DNA of 64,000 nt from an uncultured Bacteroidaceae bacterium. GTDB lineage: Bacteria; Bacillota; Clostridia; Christensenellales; CAG-917. A program made the translations under genes and the position numbers. Of the stretch, positions 8,425 through 15,869 are shown piece by piece. Below the pieces are notes generated by a model. That model was not told the origin of the DNA, did no database searches, and saw nothing but the letters and a program-made list of their open reading frames with translations. Where the stretch lies: NCBI GenBank assembly GCA_964637515.1, contig CAZWUI010000004.1, forward strand, positions 42,324-106,323, read 5' to 3'. Each line of letters opens with the position of its first letter. Position 1 is the stretch's first letter.

Positions 8425-10947
8425 TCAGTCGATAGAAATCACTTCGTAGCCTGCGGCGGTGATTGCGTTTTTCAAAACGTCGTTTGCGATTTCATCGTCA
8501 CATACGACGGTTGCGCTTTTGTCTTCAAGGGAAACGTCCACGAATTTCACACCGTCCACGCTTTCCAACGCTTTTTTGACGTGAGCAACACAGTGCATGC
8601 ACATCATACCTTCGATTTTCATTGTTTTGGTCATAGTTGTATCTCCTTGTTGAGTTGTATCATTTTTTTCGGCGGATTTTTCACCGAGTTGTTTTTTGAT
8701 TTCGTCAAGGTCGAGTGCGACTTCCTTGCGCACGGTATGTTTGTTGATATTGACTGCATTCAGGCGCAGAGCATTGAGCACAACGCATACGCTCGACAAA
8801 CTCATCGCCGCCGCTCCTATCATCGGGTTGAGCGTTACGCCGATAGGGGAGAGTGCGCCCGCCGCTATGGGGATGCAAATGCAGTTGTAGACGAATGCCC
8901 AAAATAGATTTTCCTTGACGTTTGCAAGGGTTTTTCGCGACAGTGTAATCGCTCTTGCGACGTCAGTCAAATCAGAGTGCATAAGCACGACGTTCGCACT
9001 GTCAATCGCAACGTCCGTGCCTGCGCCTATCGCAATACCTACGTCCGCAATGGTCAGGGCGGGAGCGTCGTTGATTCCGTCGCCCACCATAATGGTTTTG
9101 CCTTGTTTTTTGAGTGCCGTGATAACCGTCGCTTTGTCTTCCGGTAGCACGTCGGAGATGACGTCGTCCACACCGCATTCGTGTGCGATAGCCTTTGCAC
9201 TGACCGCATTATCCCCGGTCAACATAATTGTTTTCAGCCCTTGCGAGCGCAAAAATTCAATCGCCTGCCGACTGCTTTCCTTGATTTCGTCACGCACCGC
9301 GACGAGTCCGATAATCTTTCCTTCAAGGGAGAGAAATAATGGGGTTTTGCCCTGCGAGGCAAGCTTATCCCCGACTGCGATTTCGATCGCGTTATTTCCC
9401 TCAAGATAAGATGCGTTTGTGAGAGAATACTCCCTACCGCCTACGTTTCCTTTTATTCCGTGTCCTGCAATCGACAAGAAGTTTTCCGCTTTTTCGGGAG
9501 TGAGAGAAAGGGCGTAAGCCTTTTGCAAAATTGCGAAAGCGATAGGGTGCTCACTCCCTTCTTCAAGACTTGCGGACAAGGACAAAATCTCGTTTTTGCT
9601 CACACTTGAAAAGGATATGACGTCCGTAACTTCGGGCGTGCCTTTCGTGATAGTGCCTGTTTTGTCGAGCACGACGATATTTGATTTTCCCGTTTCTTCA
9701 AGGGCGGTGGCACTCTTGAAAAGTATGCCGTTTTTTGCCCCCTTTCCGTTGCCTACCATGATAGCGACCGGGGTTGCAAGACCGAGTGCGCAAGGGCAAC
9801 TGATGACAAGCACGCTTATTGCGTGAGTGAGAGACGTCGGCAGGTTTTTGGTGATCGCTATCCAAACGATGAATACCACCAAAGCAACCGAAATGACACT
9901 TGGCACGAATATTCCCGACACTTTATCTGCCGTTTTTGCGATTGGAGCCTTTGACGACGACGCATCTTCGACGAGTTTCACGATTTTGCCGAGAGTGGCG
10001 TTTTCACCGACTTCAGTCGCGCGGACGTTGAGAAAACCGTTCACGTTTGAAGTGCCCGACAACACCTTATCCCCGACCGTTTTGAAGACGGGCAGACTCT
10101 CTCCCGTGACCGACGATTCGTTGACGTCCGACGAACCCGACACAACTATTCCGTCGGCGGGGAAGTTTTCTCCGGGGCGCATCGCAAACACGTCGTATTT
10201 CCTGAGTTCGCCGGTAGGAATTTCCTTTTCTTCGCTGTCTATGACAACTCTGACCACGTCGGGTGCAAGGCTCATAAGTCCTTTGATTGCGGAAGTCGTT
10301 TTGCCTTTGCTATACGCCTCCAAAGTCTTACCGATTGTTATCAGTACGAGTATCATCGCCGCCGACTCAAAGTAAAGTCCGTGGATGATTTCGTGTGCTT
10401 GTTCGGGGTGTACGCCGAGTTTTATCGTCAGTGCTATGCTATACAAAAATGATATTCCGCTCCCCATAGAAACGAGTGTATCCATGTTTGGCGCGCGGTG
10501 GAGTAGGCTTTTTGTACCGCTCACGAAGAAGTGATTGTTCACGAGAATTATTGCAAAGGACAGCACAAGTTCGTATATCGCAATTACGATAGGGGACTTC
10601 ATGAAGTCGGGGATTGGGAAGTCAAACATTACATACCCCATCGAAACGTAGGACAGGGGAATTAGCAGCAGTGCTGATATAATCAGGCGGATGACCATTT
10701 TGAAAATGGGATTTATTTTTTCTCCGTCGATTTTTTCGCTTGCGGGAGTCGCTTTGTAACCCGCGTCTGCAACCGCTTTCAAGATGATTTCACTGTTTGC
10801 GGGAGAGGAAAAAACTACGGTCATTGAGTTTGTCAACAGGCTCACCGCAACTTCGCTGACTCCGTCCACGCCGCTCACCGCCTTTTCCACTCTTGCGCTA
10901 CACGCAGAGCAGGTCATACCTTGAACGTTGAATTTGAGTTTTTCCAT
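8425..10947 (-). CDS. copA: Copper-translocating P1B-type ATPase with N- and C-terminal HMA domains
   Basis: 840 aa. N-terminal HMA GMTCSAC, TGES, SCPCALGLATP (CPC), DKTGTIT, GDGINDAP, and a second HMA (GMMCMHC) in the last ~70 aa. Confidence 0.95.
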   Translation of the reverse strand: MEKLKFNVQGMTCSACSARVEKAVSGVDGVSEVAVSLLTNSMTVVFSSPANSEIILKAVADAGYKATPASEKIDGEKINPIFKMVIRLIISALLLIPLSYVSMGYVMFDFPIPDFMKSPIVIAIYELVLSFAIILVNNHFFVSGTKSLLHRAPNMDTLVSMGSGISFLYSIALTIKLGVHPEQAHEIIHGLYFESAAMILVLITIGKTLEAYSKGKTTSAIKGLMSLAPDVVRVVIDSEEKEIPTGELRKYDVFAMRPGENFPADGIVVSGSSDVNESSVTGESLPVFKTVGDKVLSGTSNVNGFLNVRATEVGENATLGKIVKLVEDASSSKAPIAKTADKVSGIFVPSVISVALVVFIVWIAITKNLPTSLTHAISVLVISCPCALGLATPVAIMVGNGKGAKNGILFKSATALEETGKSNIVVLDKTGTITKGTPEVTDVISFSSVSKNEILSLSASLEEGSEHPIAFAILQKAYALSLTPEKAENFLSIAGHGIKGNVGGREYSLTNASYLEGNNAIEIAVGDKLASQGKTPLFLSLEGKIIGLVAVRDEIKESSRQAIEFLRSQGLKTIMLTGDNAVSAKAIAHECGVDDVISDVLPEDKATVITALKKQGKTIMVGDGINDAPALTIADVGIAIGAGTDVAIDSANVVLMHSDLTDVARAITLSRKTLANVKENLFWAFVYNCICIPIAAGALSPIGVTLNPMIGAAAMSLSSVCVVLNALRLNAVNINKHTVRKEVALDLDEIKKQLGEKSAEKNDTTQQGDTTMTKTMKIEGMMCMHCVAHVKKALESVDGVKFVDVSLEDKSATVVCDDEIANDVLKNAITAAGYEVISID

Positions 10948-10948
10948 A

Positions 10949-11266
10949 CTACTTCAATTTTTTCACAAGGTCGATGGTTTCATCCATAATTTCGACGTTG
11001 CCGCTCAACACGTTTTCGACCACGCAGGTTTTCAGGTGCTCTTCGAGAATGAGATAACCAAAACTCTGCAACGCTTTTTCGACGGCGGATATTTGTATCA
11101 AAATATCTCCGCAGTAGCGGTTGTCCGAAATCATTCCTTTGATACCGCCTAGTTGACCGATAATTCTATTCAATCTATCGTTGAGAGATTTGAGTTGTTT
11201 TGCGTCGCGGGGTGTGTTTTTGTGTCTGTCTGCGCAGTGGCAACAGGGTTGATTATTTTCGTTCAT
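10949..11266 (-). CDS. csoR: CsoR-family copper-sensing transcriptional repressor
   Basis: 105 aa. CsoR/RcnR-like pattern LNRIIGQLGGIKGMI...RYCGDILIQISAVEKAL. Its stop lies 1 nt before the copA ATG. An operator-like palindrome sits in its own promoter. Confidence 0.85.
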   Translation of the reverse strand: MNENNQPCCHCADRHKNTPRDAKQLKSLNDRLNRIIGQLGGIKGMISDNRYCGDILIQISAVEKALQSFGYLILEEHLKTCVVENVLSGNVEIMDETIDLVKKLK

Positions 11267-11278
11267 AATTCTTTCTCC

Positions 11279-11299
11279 GTATACCCTATGGGGGTATGT
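11279..11299 (-). promoter_or_regulatory. Putative CsoR operator
   Basis: gtATACCCTATGGGGGTATgt is a GC-rich pseudo-palindrome (TACCC-N3-GGGGGTA type) as bound by characterised CsoR proteins (from memory). It sits between the -10 box and the RBS of csoR. Confidence 0.6.
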
Positions 11300-11301
11300 T
11301 T

Positions 11302-11330
11302 AGCATATATCTTTTTTCCACCGTTGTCAA
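11302..11330 (-). promoter_or_regulatory. Sigma-A type promoter of csoR-copA operon
   Basis: Minus strand reads TTGACA-17 nt-TATGCT (plus-strand tgtcaa 11325-11330, agcata 11302-11307), immediately upstream of the operator. Confidence 0.55.
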
Positions 11331-11408
11331 GGAAGATAGACAAAACCATATTGATTTTCTCGCATGCGGGGTATATAATGTAATAAAATTTACTCGCACA
11401 GGTAACCT

Positions 11409-13010
11409 ATGAAAAACCTATCCGCAAAAATAACGATAATCGCAGTATGTGCGCTTTTTGCAGTCGCACTTGTTTTCGGCTCGTCCAATAGTGGCGTGGT
11501 CTTTGCCTACAACAATAGCACTGAAGGGTGGGAAGAAGGCGTTTTCAACAATCTCGACTACGGCATTTATTGGTATCAAAAGGGACGGGAAGTCCCGGTC
11601 AAGTGGGATAATCCCAATGCGAATTTCGATCCGTCTCGCCCGACCGTCATTTTCACTCACGGCATGAAACAAAACGAAGGCTTTTATTGTCGTGATATTC
11701 TCTCAACCTACGAAGATACTCGCGGTTATATGAGCAGTGCGGGCGTCGATTACAACACGGAATACTACGAGAAATATATCGATATGGGTTACAACGTCGG
11801 GCATTTCTATTGGAATCAACTATCCGAAGAATCCATAAACGGCGACAAGAAAATTTGGTCGTCGGACACCGATCTCGGCATGCGTTACTTCGTGTCGGAT
11901 GAAGGCGGTAATAGAGTGCTAGGGGACGAGAGCAAAAACCCGACGAAATCGGTTTCCGTCTTGTATGCGGAAAACATAATATCCGCACTCGGCGAAAATT
12001 ATAACGGTACTCTTCACCTTATCGGACATTCGATGGGCGGAAATTTGACCCTTGCGGTTGCGGAAAATCTCTCTATGATGAACGACGACGGCAAGATTTC
12101 TAATAGTCTTGTGCCTACTCGCGTAACCATGCTCGATCCCTATCTCAGCGTGACTCCCGTAGACGGACATATCGACCATAGGGGCGGTGTGGACGCGAAA
12201 GGAAAAACCATAGCAGAACTTTGCTCAGAGGCGGTCGTAACCCTTGCAAACAGGGGAGTCGCTATCGACGGTTACGGTGCGGGTATGTTCATCTACACGC
12301 AATATTCGAGCCTTATGGGACAAGCGGCATACAGGGAGAATCCGGAAATTATCGAACTTCTCACAGAAAGATTTTCGGACAACTGCGTATGGGTGCACCT
12401 CGACGGACTTGACAGTGTCTATGGAATGACCGGAACTCACTGTGTCGTGCCCGACTACTTCTTCCTGTCCTTGTATCAGGGAAAAGGCGTTGACAATTTC
12501 GGGGACGAAGTGCCGTGCGCACTATCGACCGCGGATGAGATTTACGCACTGCGCGGACGTGCCTATTCGCAAACAATTTCGTCAAAGACAGAGAAGAAGT
12601 CCTATCTCATATCGGACAGTGATTTCACGAGAGTGGACCGAAACAAAAACACCGTCAATCTCATAGTGAATTTCACCGTAAACGACGTTTATGGAGCGAA
12701 AGTGTTGAATGAAGTTGGCGAAGTGGTATATTCGAGAAATTCCAACGCTCCCATTAACCGCTTGGAAATAGGGCTTGAAGAAGGTGCTTATACGATTGAA
12801 TATTACAACGTGGACGGTGAAACAAATAGCGCAAACAATCAATCCGTTGCCATTTCCGAAGACGACTGCGAAACCCTTGAAATGAACGTGAGCATAGCAC
12901 CGCAAAGTGCAGGGAAAAGCATGGTTTGGCTCTATGCGCTTCTCGGAGTGCTTGGCGGAATTACGATAGCGTTTGCCGCCGCTTGCGCTGTTCTTATGAC
13001 GAGAAAATAA
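11409..13010 (+). CDS. Exported alpha/beta-hydrolase (lipase/esterase-like) with C-terminal TM anchor
   Basis: 533 aa. N-terminal signal/anchor (ITIIAVCALFAVALVFG), nucleophile elbow LIGHSMGGN (GxSxG), C-terminal helix WLYALLGVLGGITIAFAAACAVL followed by MTRK. Confidence 0.6.
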   Translation: MKNLSAKITIIAVCALFAVALVFGSSNSGVVFAYNNSTEGWEEGVFNNLDYGIYWYQKGREVPVKWDNPNANFDPSRPTVIFTHGMKQNEGFYCRDILSTYEDTRGYMSSAGVDYNTEYYEKYIDMGYNVGHFYWNQLSEESINGDKKIWSSDTDLGMRYFVSDEGGNRVLGDESKNPTKSVSVLYAENIISALGENYNGTLHLIGHSMGGNLTLAVAENLSMMNDDGKISNSLVPTRVTMLDPYLSVTPVDGHIDHRGGVDAKGKTIAELCSEAVVTLANRGVAIDGYGAGMFIYTQYSSLMGQAAYRENPEIIELLTERFSDNCVWVHLDGLDSVYGMTGTHCVVPDYFFLSLYQGKGVDNFGDEVPCALSTADEIYALRGRAYSQTISSKTEKKSYLISDSDFTRVDRNKNTVNLIVNFTVNDVYGAKVLNEVGEVVYSRNSNAPINRLEIGLEEGAYTIEYYNVDGETNSANNQSVAISEDDCETLEMNVSIAPQSAGKSMVWLYALLGVLGGITIAFAAACAVLMTRK

Positions 13011-13023
13011 TCCTACGAAACTC

Positions 13024-13062
13024 AAATCCGCCGTGTTCACAACAAGTACGGCGGATTTTCTT
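13024..13062 (+). terminator. Rho-independent terminator
   Basis: Stem aaatccgccgt / acggcggattt with a 13-nt loop, followed by T-rich tail. Confidence 0.7.
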
Positions 13063-13145
13063 ATGTCTGTAATATAAAATAATTATTGCCATATGGTGAG
13101 TTGTCGTGTATAATTTAATTATTAACTAAAATTAAGGTGGAAATT

Positions 13146-13859
13146 ATGAAAAATCTTACCAAAACCGAAAAAACCCTCTGGGGACTCATTGGCCTTTCTA
13201 TCGTTATTATGATATTCGGCTTTTTGTTCCTTCTCAACGCAATGGGCATGTGCGACTTCTATCCGCACTATAGCGCAATCCCCAACGTTCTCGGCAAATA
13301 TATCGTCGTCATCGCAACTATGGCATGCGGTATTATGCTCTTCTCGAACGTCGCAATGCGCTTCCCCGACAAGAAACTCCGCAACGGTCTCACCATTTTC
13401 ATCACGGCTTTTGCGTTCATCTTGACGGTGCCCCTTACCTACGTATTCTTCTCCTTGCTCCCGTTCGCGTCCAACTATTCAATGGCTGACGTGTTCGCAT
13501 CCGCAGGTGCAAGCACCCTTTCCGATTTCACCCCCGAAGTCGTATCCGCATCCGCAGACGTTCTCGGCATCAATGCAATCGACAAAATCATGGGCGTGAA
13601 CAACATCTATATGGGATTTGCGGACTTGTTCGGTGAAGGCGCAGGACTTTGGGTAGTGCTCGCAATCATGGCGGTCGTCGGCGTGGTCTTCTTGTTCGAA
13701 CCGTTGATCGCAGGCATCTGCGTCACCAAAGGCAAAATGCTCCAACTCTTCGGCAAAAACGAGAAAGGCAAGTTTGCACCTATCGCAATCGTCGAACTTC
13801 CCGTTGCCAAGGCACAACGTCTTGCAGAAGAAGAGAGAATCAGAGAAACGATTGTTTGA
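13146..13859 (+). CDS. Multi-pass membrane protein, unknown function
   Basis: About 5 hydrophobic segments. ATG 13146 is preceded by AAGGTGG, so the track GTG 13137 is less likely. A terminator follows the gene. No family recognised. Confidence 0.6.
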   Translation: MKNLTKTEKTLWGLIGLSIVIMIFGFLFLLNAMGMCDFYPHYSAIPNVLGKYIVVIATMACGIMLFSNVAMRFPDKKLRNGLTIFITAFAFILTVPLTYVFFSLLPFASNYSMADVFASAGASTLSDFTPEVVSASADVLGINAIDKIMGVNNIYMGFADLFGEGAGLWVVLAIMAVVGVVFLFEPLIAGICVTKGKMLQLFGKNEKGKFAPIAIVELPVAKAQRLAEEERIRETIV

Positions 13860-13876
13860 TGAAAATAAACTATAAT

Positions 13877-13906
13877 AAAAAGCGTCCGCTTGGGACGCTT
13901 TTTTTA
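13877..13906 (+). terminator. Rho-independent terminator
   Basis: Stem agcgtcc / ggacgct, 5-nt loop, run of 8 T. Confidence 0.8.
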
Positions 13907-14019
13907 TAGTGATATTGCTACGCAGTGAGATTTTCTCTGACGGAGGAGTTGCATTGTTACGCAATTTTCATAGCGTATAATTTGCGAACCTTCGGGGATA
14001 ATATCATCGGAGGTGTTTA

Positions 14020-14610
14020 ATGAAATTTCAAGATAGCAAAACTTATCACAATCTCGCTCGGGCTTACGCAGGCGAATGTCAGGCACGCACTCGTTACGAA
14101 TTTATCGAGTACGGCGCAAGAATGCAAGGTTATTCCTGCCTTGCCGAAGTCGTGGATAAAGTCGTCTACAACGAGTTCAACCACGCAAGAATGTTCTACA
14201 CTTATTTGCAACAGGACGTCAAAAAACAAATCGACAATATCGAAATATCCGCAGGCTATCCCTTCAAGGAGAAGTGGGATTTGACGGATAATCTCCGCCT
14301 TGCCGCAGAAGACGAAAAAACCGAAGCGGAAAAAGTCTATCCCGAATTTATGAAGATAGCAAAAGAGGAGGGCTACGACGACGTAGCAGACCTTTTCAAA
14401 ATGGTTATCGAAGTGGAAAAGAGTCATCAAGCGTTGTTTGAAGAACTCCACAAGCAGATGAAAGACGGCTCGTTATACAAGAAAAAAGTCAAAGTAACTT
14501 GGAAATGCTCCGGTTGCGGACACACGGAATCCGCCAAAGAAGCATGGGAAGAATGCCCGCTCTGCAAAGCCAAACAAGGTGCTGTCATTCTCCACCTTGA
14601 AAACGCCTAA
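14020..14610 (+). CDS. Rubrerythrin-family protein (second copy)
   Basis: 196 aa. Ferritin-like domain (ARAYAGECQARTRYEF, NEFNHARMF, EVEKSHQALF) plus C-terminal CSGCG...CPLC rubredoxin-like motif. Confidence 0.85.
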   Translation: MKFQDSKTYHNLARAYAGECQARTRYEFIEYGARMQGYSCLAEVVDKVVYNEFNHARMFYTYLQQDVKKQIDNIEISAGYPFKEKWDLTDNLRLAAEDEKTEAEKVYPEFMKIAKEEGYDDVADLFKMVIEVEKSHQALFEELHKQMKDGSLYKKKVKVTWKCSGCGHTESAKEAWEECPLCKAKQGAVILHLENA

Positions 14611-14612
14611 CC

Positions 14613-14644
14613 AAAAACCGCTTTCAATCGAAAGCGGTTTTTTG
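14613..14644. terminator. Bidirectional rho-independent terminator
   Basis: A-run, stem accgctttc / gaaagcggt, loop aatc, T-run. Lies between convergent genes. Confidence 0.8.
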
Positions 14645-14661
14645 ATTGGACGTTGTTGCGA

Positions 14662-14967
14662 TTAGTTGTCGTCGTTATTGAGATTGAAAATCAGTTTATC
14701 GAGAAGATTTTCGTCTTGTTGTTCTCTTACTTCGACAGGCACGAAATCCCCGAAAAGTTTTGTGAATTGTTCTTCGTTAATTCTCGGCGCACCGTTTGCG
14801 ACAAGTTCTTTTTCAATCAGCCAATCTACATATGCGCGTGCTTTTGACCAAGGCAATCCAAATTTGAGTTGCAAAAGAGATGCGGACGCTTTGCCTTCTT
14901 GGATGAACATTTTGAGTGCGGATATTGCAATATTTTCCAGTTCGTTTTTAGGTTTGTAAATTTCCAT
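14662..14967 (-). CDS. Small stand-alone winged-helix protein resembling the FtsK/SpoIIIE gamma domain
   Basis: 101 aa. KASASLLQLKFGLPWSKARAYVDWLIEKELV matches the gamma-domain pattern (ASxSxLQRxFxIGYxRAARxxDxxExxGxV). Has its own RBS (AGGAGA), promoter and terminator. Confidence 0.5.
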   Translation of the reverse strand: MEIYKPKNELENIAISALKMFIQEGKASASLLQLKFGLPWSKARAYVDWLIEKELVANGAPRINEEQFTKLFGDFVPVEVREQQDENLLDKLIFNLNNDDN

Positions 14968-15014
14968 AAAATTCTCCTTGATTTTGATTCAATCCTACTC
15001 CGATTGCAGATACG

Positions 15015-15043
15015 ATTATACAACAGATTTATTTTTTTATCAA
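15015..15043 (-). promoter_or_regulatory. Sigma-A type promoter of the FtsK-gamma-like gene
   Basis: Minus strand reads TTGATA-17 nt-TATAAT (plus-strand tatcaa 15038-15043, attata 15015-15020). Confidence 0.55.
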
Positions 15044-15060
15044 TAGCAAAATAAAATCTG

Positions 15061-15092
15061 CAAAAGAAAATCCGTCGCTCGTGGCGACGGAT
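15061..15092 (-). terminator. Rho-independent terminator after the 47-aa ORF
   Basis: Stem atccgtcgc / gcgacggat, 5-nt loop. On the minus strand it is followed by tttcttttg. Confidence 0.7.
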
Positions 15093-15101
15093 TTCTTTCG
15101 A

Positions 15102-15245
15102 TTATTTGCAGTCTTTGCAATCGCAATCCTTACTTGCTTGGCTCTTGGGAGAAGAGTTTTGTTTGGATTTGGTCTTGCTTGCGCTGTTTTCACAGTTCTT
15201 ACCGCAATTTTGAGTGGATTTGCTACCGGATTTTCTGTTATCCAT
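15102..15245 (-). CDS. 47-aa Lys/Ser-rich, Cys-containing small protein
   Basis: MDNRKSGSKSTQNCGKNCENSASKTKSKQNSSPKSQASKDCDCKDCK. ATG 15245 lies 6 nt after AGGAGA, and a terminator hairpin follows directly downstream. The track start (15296) has no RBS. Confidence 0.55.
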   Translation of the reverse strand: MDNRKSGSKSTQNCGKNCENSASKTKSKQNSSPKSQASKDCDCKDCK

Positions 15246-15393
15246 AAAATTCTCCTTTTTTTTTCGGCTATGCCGTGGTATTGATAGTATTCGCAACAGT
15301 GCGTAGTTTTATACGGATTTGCGAAAAATCTATTTCATATTCGACCGCTAAAAAGAAAAATTTAATATACCTGCGAAAAATGATGAAAATCGT

Positions 15394-15422
15394 TTGACAA
15401 AGTTCCCCGTCAATGCTATTAT
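15394..15422 (+). promoter_or_regulatory. Sigma-A type promoter of the tRNA pair
   Basis: TTGACA (15394-15399), 17 nt, TATTAT (15417-15422), 16 nt upstream of tRNA-Ala. Confidence 0.6.
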
Positions 15423-15438
15423 CTTAAAGCATTCACTT

Positions 15439-15514
15439 GGGGGTGTAGCTCAGTTGGTAGAGCGCTTGATTTGCATTCAAGAGGTCCTCGGTTCGAATCC
15501 GTGCATCTCCACCA
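15439..15514 (+). tRNA. tRNA-Ala (anticodon TGC)
   Basis: Manual cloverleaf: acceptor GGGGGTG/CATCTCC with G3:U70, anticodon loop TTTGCAT, T-loop TTCGAAT (one U-U mismatch in the T stem), encoded CCA. Confidence 0.85.
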
Positions 15515-15522
15515 AAACCCAA

Positions 15523-15599
15523 GGGGTTGTAGCTCAGTTGGTTAGAGCACGCGCCTGATAAGCGCGAGGTCGATAGTTCGAGTCTATTCAACCCCACCA
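15523..15599 (+). tRNA. tRNA-Ile (anticodon GAT)
   Basis: Manual cloverleaf: acceptor GGGGTTG/CAACCCC, anticodon stem CGCGC/GCGCG with loop CTGATAA, T-loop TTCGAGT, encoded CCA. Confidence 0.9.
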
Positions 15600-15634
15600 A
15601 AAAAGTCGCATCAATTCAATGCGACTTTTTTTTT
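15600..15634 (+). terminator. Rho-independent terminator after tRNAs
   Basis: Stem aagtcgcat / atgcgactt, 7-nt loop, run of 9 T. Confidence 0.8.
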
Positions 15635-15869
15635 ATTCATTGCGAAATCAATGGTATGTAATCAGCCATAGAGCTGTATGGTATCACGCACAAGCACAAT
15701 CACGTCTGCGGCGCCGATTTAGCGTAGGCGGTTGGTTTTTTGCGTTTTGCGGGGTATATTATCGCATTGTATTGCGTAAAATAAGTTTTATGGAGATTTT
15801 TTTAGGAATTTTTTAGGATTTTAGGATTTTCAGAGAGTATAATAAGTGAAAAGACTTAAGGACGGTAGT

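Noticed and set aside
15081-15284. 67-aa hydrophobic plus-strand ORF antisense to the 47-aa peptide gene
   Set aside because: It starts with GTG inside the terminator hairpin and has no RBS. The RBS and terminator geometry support the minus-strand gene instead.
15802-15830. Triple ttagga(a/t)ttt repeat upstream of dnaG, considered as a micro-CRISPR or iteron
   Set aside because: It is only three 8-10 nt units with no spacers or cas genes. It is most simply a phased A/T-rich UP-like sequence in front of a TATAAT (15838-15843).
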